Shown piece by piece: positions 58,981 through 64,000 of a stretch of 64,000 nucleotides of DNA. The notes under the pieces were generated by a model. The model was not told the origin of the DNA. It was given only the letters and a program-made list of their open reading frames with translations, and ran no database searches. The number at the start of each line of letters is the position of its first letter. Positions within the stretch are counted from its first letter, which is position 1. Source of the stretch: Alphaproteobacteria bacterium (GTDB lineage: Bacteria; Pseudomonadota; Alphaproteobacteria; SMXQ01); the NCBI GenBank assembly GCA_038145705.1, contig JAYQQF010000004.1, forward strand, positions 75,523 through 139,522, written 5' to 3'. A program made the position numbers and the translations under genes.

Positions 58981-59279
58981 GCTTTGCTCCCGGTGAAACG
59001 CCCTGATTTGCGTTGTTATTGGACTGGGTTGTTCTTGTTGTTCTTCGTTTTTCTCCAAGGGCTTGGGTGCCAATGGAAATCACCTGCCGGCCGCGAAGGG
59101 CCAGCTTACGCTCGGTCATGTTATGGAAATTCTATCCGCCGCCCCCCGATGAGTCGAGGCTGCTATTTTCGCAGAGAACAGGGCTTATGGCGTAGTGCGC
59201 GCGGGCACCGCCACCGGGCTGCCAATAGGCCCGGCAGGCGGACGAAGGCCGCGAAATCACCCCCCTTGCGCGGGCGCTT

Positions 59280-60344
59280 CTACTCTTCTTTCTTCTTCTT
59301 TTTCTTCTTTTTCTTCTTCTGCGTAATCGCGCTGATTTTCTGAACGATATCGTCCGGGGTTTCGGCAAGGTCGGCGACGACCTTCGTCAGTTCCTCGCCC
59401 GTCAGCGCGGTAATCACCAGCCCCATCTTCCTGCTTTCCGCGATGAAAGCCGGGTCCGCCATCGTGGCGTCGAAGGCACGGCGCAAAGCATTCACGCGTG
59501 CCGCCGGAACACCGGGGGGCGCGGCGATAGGACGCCCCAGTTCGGTACTTGAGAAAAAGAACGCAAGGGTCTGGCGCTGGTCCTTGGTCTTTACATAGTC
59601 GAAAACGCTGGGCGCCCCCAGTCCCGGCACCCTTTTCTGCTCGAGATTGAAAAGCGGGATCAAGTCGCCTTTCTTCTGCCAACCGGGATTGGTGCTTTCC
59701 AGCCCCGCGATCGTCTGACATATCCCTTCGACTTCGCCCTTCTCGATCGCAAATACGACGTTCTGCGCGCCCTGATATCCCTCGATGACACGGAACTTCA
59801 TGCCAAGCACGCCCCTGAGAACGACCGGGGTGTTGCTGACCGTGGTGCCGATGCCGGAACCTCCGACGATCAGCTCTCGCTCGAACAGGTCCTCGGCCTT
59901 CTGGACCTTGGCGCCCTTCCGGGCCACGCAGACACGGTTGGTCAGCTCCGGGCTGCCGATCCAGTTCATATCCCTGGTGTTGAACTTGACCGCGGGATGG
60001 TTGAGCAGGGCCTGTGTCGGGATGTTTCGCGAAAAGATCGCGATGGTGGTCCCGTCCCGGGGGGCGCGGTTGAACAGGTGGTTCGTCGCCGTTATCCCGC
60101 CCGCGCCGGGCATGTTGACCGCCACGATGTTCGGCGTGCCGGGAATTTTCTTTCCCATGTGACGGCCGATGACCCGGGCCCATTGGTCGTAACTGCCGCC
60201 CGCCGAGGTTCCGATAATGAACTGGATGTTCTTGTCCTTGTAGAACCGGGCGATTTCATCCTTGGCGGCGTCGGCAGCGGATACGGGCGGCGCGATGACA
60301 GCGGCAAACGCAGCGGCCAAGGCGATGCTAGAGAGTGTTTTCAT
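59280..60344 (-). CDS. TctC/Bug-like periplasmic solute-binding protein paralogue with C-terminal K10-EE tail
   Basis: Signal peptide, RFYKDKNIQFIIGTSAGGSYDQWARVIGRHMG, ends in ITQKKKKKKKKKKEE. GGGGGAGGG ribosome-binding site. Start at internal Met MKTLSS. Confidence 0.55.
   Translation of the reverse strand: MKTLSSIALAAAFAAVIAPPVSAADAAKDEIARFYKDKNIQFIIGTSAGGSYDQWARVIGRHMGKKIPGTPNIVAVNMPGAGGITATNHLFNRAPRDGTTIAIFSRNIPTQALLNHPAVKFNTRDMNWIGSPELTNRVCVARKGAKVQKAEDLFERELIVGGSGIGTTVSNTPVVLRGVLGMKFRVIEGYQGAQNVVFAIEKGEVEGICQTIAGLESTNPGWQKKGDLIPLFNLEQKRVPGLGAPSVFDYVKTKDQRQTLAFFFSSTELGRPIAAPPGVPAARVNALRRAFDATMADPAFIAESRKMGLVITALTGEELTKVVADLAETPDDIVQKISAITQKKKKKKKKKKEE
59283..59321. repeat. polypyrimidine/(CTT)n-like simple-sequence tract encoding the poly-Lys tail
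   Basis: ctcttctttcttcttctttttcttctttttcttcttctg, about 39 nt of uninterrupted pyrimidines on the top strand. Confidence 0.6.
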
Positions 60345-60393
60345 GATTCCCTCCCCCTGAGATTTCCAAAAGCGAAACTGGCCGTCGCGGCAA

Positions 60394-60813
60394 TCAGCCG
60401 CGCTCACGCAACTGATCGAAGCCGTTTTCGGAAAGATCGATGTTGTTGCCATCGGGATCGGTTATGCGAACCTCGGCGTAAGGACGGTCGGCCGGGCGCG
60501 GTGCCGGTTCATCCAGTCCCCATTCCTTGATCTGGTCGCCGACATCGTCGCGGCTGTCGACATGAAAGCCGATATGGTTGAGCCCGACCGGCTTGCCTTC
60601 GGCTTTGTTCTTCAGCAACGCCAGCGTGATCGTACCGTCGGTCATGAAGGTCGATCCGTTCGGGCTCTGGTGCACGATTTTCATGTCGAAAACCTCGCCG
60701 TAGAACTTGGCGAGTTTGGCCGGATCGAGCGTGACGATCGCAATGTGACGGAGCTTGCGCATGCGGTTCGAACCGCTGGTCCGGGCGCTCTCCGCGTTCT
60801 GGGTCTGTGTCAT
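60394..60813 (-). CDS. VOC-family (glyoxalase/bleomycin-resistance/extradiol-dioxygenase fold) protein
   Basis: RHIAIVTLDPAKLAKFYGEVFDM..LNHIGFHVD. GGGAGGAAAAT-ATG ribosome-binding site. Confidence 0.7.
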   Translation of the reverse strand: MTQTQNAESARTSGSNRMRKLRHIAIVTLDPAKLAKFYGEVFDMKIVHQSPNGSTFMTDGTITLALLKNKAEGKPVGLNHIGFHVDSRDDVGDQIKEWGLDEPAPRPADRPYAEVRITDPDGNNIDLSENGFDQLRERG

Positions 60814-61024
60814 ATTTTCCTCCCTGTTCTGGTCTGGCTACGGGTCATGCTTTCTTTTGATGCCCGCACAGGCGGGCATCATGGGAGCATTTCGATTTTC
60901 ATGCTGGCATGCTGAATTTTGGAATGCAACTGCTAGGGAATTGCATGCCCGCGCCGCGCCTTCGCAGCCGCGCAAATGATGACGCGGCCGGGAATATCGG
61001 TGCCTTACTGCCGTGAAGTGAAAG

Positions 61025-61100
61025 TGGCGTCCCCTAGGGGATTCGAACCCCTGTTATCGCCGTGAGAGGGCGATGTCCTAGGCCACTAGACGAAGGGGAC
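61025..61100 (-). tRNA. tRNA-Glu (anticodon CTC)
   Basis: 76-nt sequence nearly identical in architecture to E. coli tRNA-Glu (GTCCCCTTCGTCTAG...GGGGACGCCA), with anticodon loop CT-CTC-AC and an encoded CCA. Confidence 0.85.
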
Positions 61101-61213
61101 CCGTGGCGGCCGGCCCTTGGCCGGAAGGCGAATTATCTAGCGGTTCGCCGGGCGGCGATCAAGGACAAAGGCCGCTGGTGCGGGGCAGATCCGGCACGCG
61201 TCCGGCAAACCGC

Positions 61214-61633
61214 TCAGGTTTCAGGGACTTCCACCAGGTCGGCCTCGATGAAGTTGTCGCCGTCAAAGGCATAGGCCCGCGTCGCATCGGCCCCGACGAT
61301 AAGCCAGTTATCCCCGGGGGCGGCACCGTCGCGCGCCCGCAGGGTATCGGTCATCGAGGGCTCGGCCGGGCCGCCGGGATGGGAATGGTAGGGCCCTATG
61401 ATGTCGTCGCCCGCCTCGCGGGCAAGGCGGTGGGTGGCGAGAAGCACCGCGGGGTCGACCTCAAAACGGCGGGCGGGGTCGTCGGCCACATTGGCCGCGG
61501 CGACGGCGCGGGTAATGCGGCAAAGGGCGCCGTCCCGGCGGCCGACGAGCAACCCGCAGCATTCATTGGGCAGGGCAACGTCCGCCGCGGCGCGTATGGC
61601 GCCCAGAACGGAAGCCGTAATTTCGATCCTCAC
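61214..61633 (-). CDS. JAB/MPN (Mov34) domain metalloprotease-like protein
   Basis: NECCGLLVG and GPYHSHPGGPAEPSMTD, the JAMM motif ExnHS/THx7SxxD. Confidence 0.7.
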   Translation of the reverse strand: MRIEITASVLGAIRAAADVALPNECCGLLVGRRDGALCRITRAVAAANVADDPARRFEVDPAVLLATHRLAREAGDDIIGPYHSHPGGPAEPSMTDTLRARDGAAPGDNWLIVGADATRAYAFDGDNFIEADLVEVPET

Positions 61634-61938
61634 CTCGCCCCGCCGGTGACGATATCGTAGCGGGCGGCAAGGCGGCCGTCGGCGGCATCGAAGACGAACA
61701 GGGCCTCGCGCCCATCGGCAAGGCGCGCACGCAGCACGAGGCGCCCCCCATCCAGCCGCGATTCCTGAACCGCGGCACCGGGCGGCAATTCAAACCGCGC
61801 CCCGGCCGCAGCGGGCTTGGCGGCAGGGGTGGTGCTGCCGAGCCGCCCCGCCCTTTCGAAGATCAGCGTGGCCAGCACGCTGGCGCCGACCAGAATGGCG
61901 ATTCCCATGGCGATGACCAGGGTCTTGAGTGCGCGCAT
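61630..61938 (-). CDS. small membrane-anchored hypothetical protein (about 102 aa)
   Basis: Internal Met MRALKTLVIAMGIAILVGASVLATLIF gives a single TM helix. Its stop overlaps the JAB gene start (ATGA). Confidence 0.45.
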   Translation of the reverse strand: MRALKTLVIAMGIAILVGASVLATLIFERAGRLGSTTPAAKPAAAGARFELPPGAAVQESRLDGGRLVLRARLADGREALFVFDAADGRLAARYDIVTGGAR

Positions 61939-61960
61939 GATTTTGTCCACTCTCCCCGCC

Positions 61961-62917
61961 ATGAATGATGGCGGCAAAACAGATATCCCTGCCGGGGTCC
62001 GGATCGTCGTCGCCGGCGCCGATGCGCGCGGGCGGATGGACGCCTTCCTGGCCGCGGCACTTTCAGACCTCTCGCGATCGCGCCTCAAGGCGCTGATCGG
62101 CGCAGGCGCCGTAACCGCCGACGGCGCGACGATAAAGGACCCGTCCCGGGCGGTCAAACCGGGCGCCACCTATCGCGTCACCCTGCCCGCCCCCGTCCCG
62201 GCCACGCCGGCGGGACAGGATATCGCCCTCGATATCCTGTTCGAGGACGAACACCTGATCGTCATCAACAAGCCCGCCGGGCTCGTCGTGCACCCCGCAC
62301 CCGGCAACCCTGACCGCACCCTGGTCAATGCCCTGATCCACCACTGTGGCGCCGGCCTGACCGGCATCGGCGGCGTCGCCCGGCCGGGCATCGTCCATCG
62401 CCTCGACAAGGACACGTCGGGTGTCATGGTCGTCGCCAAGACGGCCGAGGCGCATGCATCCCTCGTCACCCAGTTCGCGAGCCGCACCATAGAGCGGGCC
62501 TACGGGGCATTGGTATGGGGTACACCAAGTCCGGCCAAGGGGCGGATCGAGGGCAACATCGGCCGCAGCCCCCGCAACCGCAAGAAAATGGCGGTGCTGC
62601 GCACGGGCGGGCGGCCCGCGGCGACGCGCTACGCCGTGATCGCCCCCGTCGGCAGCAGGGCCAGCCGCATCGAATGCCGCCTGGAAACCGGGCGCACCCA
62701 CCAGATCCGCGTCCACCTGGCCCATATCGGCCATCCCGTTATCGGTGATCCCCTTTACGGGGGCCGCCGTAAAATAGTCGGGTTTGACGCCGACCATCAG
62801 GCGCTGCATGCCTTTCGTCTCGGTTTCCGGCATCCGGCGAGCGGGGAAATGCTTCGCTTTGAGGCTGAATTTTCGAATTATTTCATATCTCTACAAACGT
62901 TCTTAGAGTCTATATAA
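61961..62917 (+). CDS. rluD: 23S rRNA pseudouridine synthase, RluA-family (RluD-like)
   Basis: S4-like LSRSRLKALI, then HRLDKDTSGVMVVAKT (catalytic Asp) and TGRTHQIRVHLA. Confidence 0.8.
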   Translation: MNDGGKTDIPAGVRIVVAGADARGRMDAFLAAALSDLSRSRLKALIGAGAVTADGATIKDPSRAVKPGATYRVTLPAPVPATPAGQDIALDILFEDEHLIVINKPAGLVVHPAPGNPDRTLVNALIHHCGAGLTGIGGVARPGIVHRLDKDTSGVMVVAKTAEAHASLVTQFASRTIERAYGALVWGTPSPAKGRIEGNIGRSPRNRKKMAVLRTGGRPAATRYAVIAPVGSRASRIECRLETGRTHQIRVHLAHIGHPVIGDPLYGGRRKIVGFDADHQALHAFRLGFRHPASGEMLRFEAEFSNYFISLQTFLESI

Positions 62918-63018
62918 AAATTACTATTCCAGACCGATTTAGTAATGTATAGTGCGTTCCGTGAACGGGTTGCGATCCCGTTTGGTGTCATCCAGAAGTC
63001 GAGGTCCAGGTCGAACCC
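62918..63018 (+). promoter_or_regulatory. AT-rich rpoH promoter/leader region with hairpin
   Basis: tctatataaaaattactattcc..tagtaatgtatagtg (AT-rich) then gaacggg-ttgcgat-cccgtt hairpin just upstream of rpoH. Confidence 0.45.
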
Positions 63019-63921
63019 ATGGCCAACAGTCTTTCCAGCCTCCCCGTCCTGTCCCCGGAAGGGAACCTGTCGCGCTATCTCCAGGAGATTCGCAAGTTCC
63101 CGATGCTGGAAAAGGAAGAGGAGTACGTCCTCGCCAAGCGCTGGCGCGAACACGGCGATTCGGAAGCCGCGCACCGGCTGGTCACCAGCCACCTGCGCCT
63201 CGTCGCCAAGATCGCCATGGGCTACCGCGGTTACGGATTGCCGCTCGGCGAACTGATTTCCGAAGGCAACGTCGGCATGATGCAGGCGGTCAAGCGGTTC
63301 GACCCGGAACGCGGCTTCCGCCTCGCCACCTATGCGATGTGGTGGATCCGCGCCTCGATCCAGGAATACATCCTGCATTCATGGTCGCTGGTGAAGATGG
63401 GGACGACGGCGGCGCAGAAGAAGCTGTTCTTCAACCTGCGCAAGCTGAAGGGACAGATGAAGGCGATCGAGGAAGGCGACCTGCCGCCCGAAAAGGTCGC
63501 GCTGATCGCCCAGCGTCTCGATGTCAGCGAAGACGACGTCATCACCATGAACCGGCGCCTCGCGGCGAAGGACCATTCCCTGAACGCGCCGATCAAAACC
63601 GATGCCGACGGCGGCGAATGGCAGGACTGGCTGGTGGACGATTCCGACAGCCAGGAAACGGTTCTCGGCGAGCGAGAGGAATACCAGCAGCGCCACGAGT
63701 TGCTGGCCACCGCCATGCGCAGCCTGACCGATCGCGAGCGCCACATCCTGACCGAACGCCGGCTGAAGGACGAACCGACGACGCTGGAAGACCTGAGCCA
63801 GAAATACGGCATCTCGCGCGAGCGCGTGCGCCAGATCGAGGTACGGGCGTTCGAAAAGCTGCAGAAGGCGATGAAAAGCGCGGTGGTCGAAGGCGAAATT
63901 CTGGCCCGCTCGGTCGATTAG
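63019..63921 (+). CDS. rpoH: RNA polymerase sigma-32 factor RpoH
   Basis: LVTSHLRLVAKIAMGYRGYGLPLGELISEGNVGMMQAVKRFDPERGFRLATYAMWWIRASIQEYIL includes the RpoH box QRKLFFNLRKLK and a region 4.2 HTH. Confidence 0.9.
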   Translation: MANSLSSLPVLSPEGNLSRYLQEIRKFPMLEKEEEYVLAKRWREHGDSEAAHRLVTSHLRLVAKIAMGYRGYGLPLGELISEGNVGMMQAVKRFDPERGFRLATYAMWWIRASIQEYILHSWSLVKMGTTAAQKKLFFNLRKLKGQMKAIEEGDLPPEKVALIAQRLDVSEDDVITMNRRLAAKDHSLNAPIKTDADGGEWQDWLVDDSDSQETVLGEREEYQQRHELLATAMRSLTDRERHILTERRLKDEPTTLEDLSQKYGISRERVRQIEVRAFEKLQKAMKSAVVEGEILARSVD

Positions 63922-64000
63922 CGGCTAGCTGGGCAGAGACCCGGCACGATTGACCCCGTCACCCCATTCCTGGATAAGGCGCCTGCGTTCCGCGTCGAGC

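Noticed and set aside
59132-59368. 78-aa minus-strand ORF rich in Arg/Lys (RRRRKRRKRRRKK)
   Set aside because: Alternative-frame reading of the polypyrimidine tract that encodes the genuine poly-Lys tail of the Bug-like protein. No independent support.

Overview
This is a high-GC (~65%) chromosomal segment with typical bacterial operon structure: short or overlapping gene junctions, GGAGG-type ribosome-binding sites and GC-rich intrinsic terminators. The rluD-rpoH synteny, a tRNA-Glu(CTC), many TctC/Bug-like periplasmic binding proteins and a multi-PAS sensor kinase suggest an alphaproteobacterium, possibly a sphingomonad. I support 61 protein-coding genes and 1 tRNA, and find no rRNA, CRISPR array, transposase, integrase or phage gene. 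The content is metabolic or accessory rather than informational. It includes a tricarboxylate (TctCBA) transporter module with an MmgE/PrpD-family enzyme, and a sulfur-centred region with three TauD/TfdA dioxygenases, six rhodanese domains in two proteins, a TauE sulfite exporter, MsrA, a peroxiredoxin and a cysteine-dioxygenase-like cupin. It also carries an ACAD/CoA-transferase operon, aromatic-degradation-type enzymes, five paralogous Bug-like binding proteins, several secondary transporters (SSS, NSS, two MFS, CPA, PiT), an orphan GAF/5xPAS histidine kinase, GreB, CheZ and RpoH. Apart from the sensor kinase, GreB and RpoH, no one-component transcription factor is recognisable in 64 kb. The most interesting candidate is a divergently arranged, translationally coupled cassette (41651..47451) that pairs a CBS-DUF294 nucleotidyltransferase and a membrane PAS-DEDDh exonuclease with a DUF4212 plus VC_2705-type sodium:solute symporter; this gene linkage recurs in other genomes but is biochemically unassigned. 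Many long ORFs in the track are antisense or frame-shifted artefacts of the high GC content and were rejected. Coordinates of starts were set by counting residues from the ORF-track ends. In the 58.9-59.3 kb region my manual base count disagreed with the track by one base, so single-base precision is not guaranteed there.
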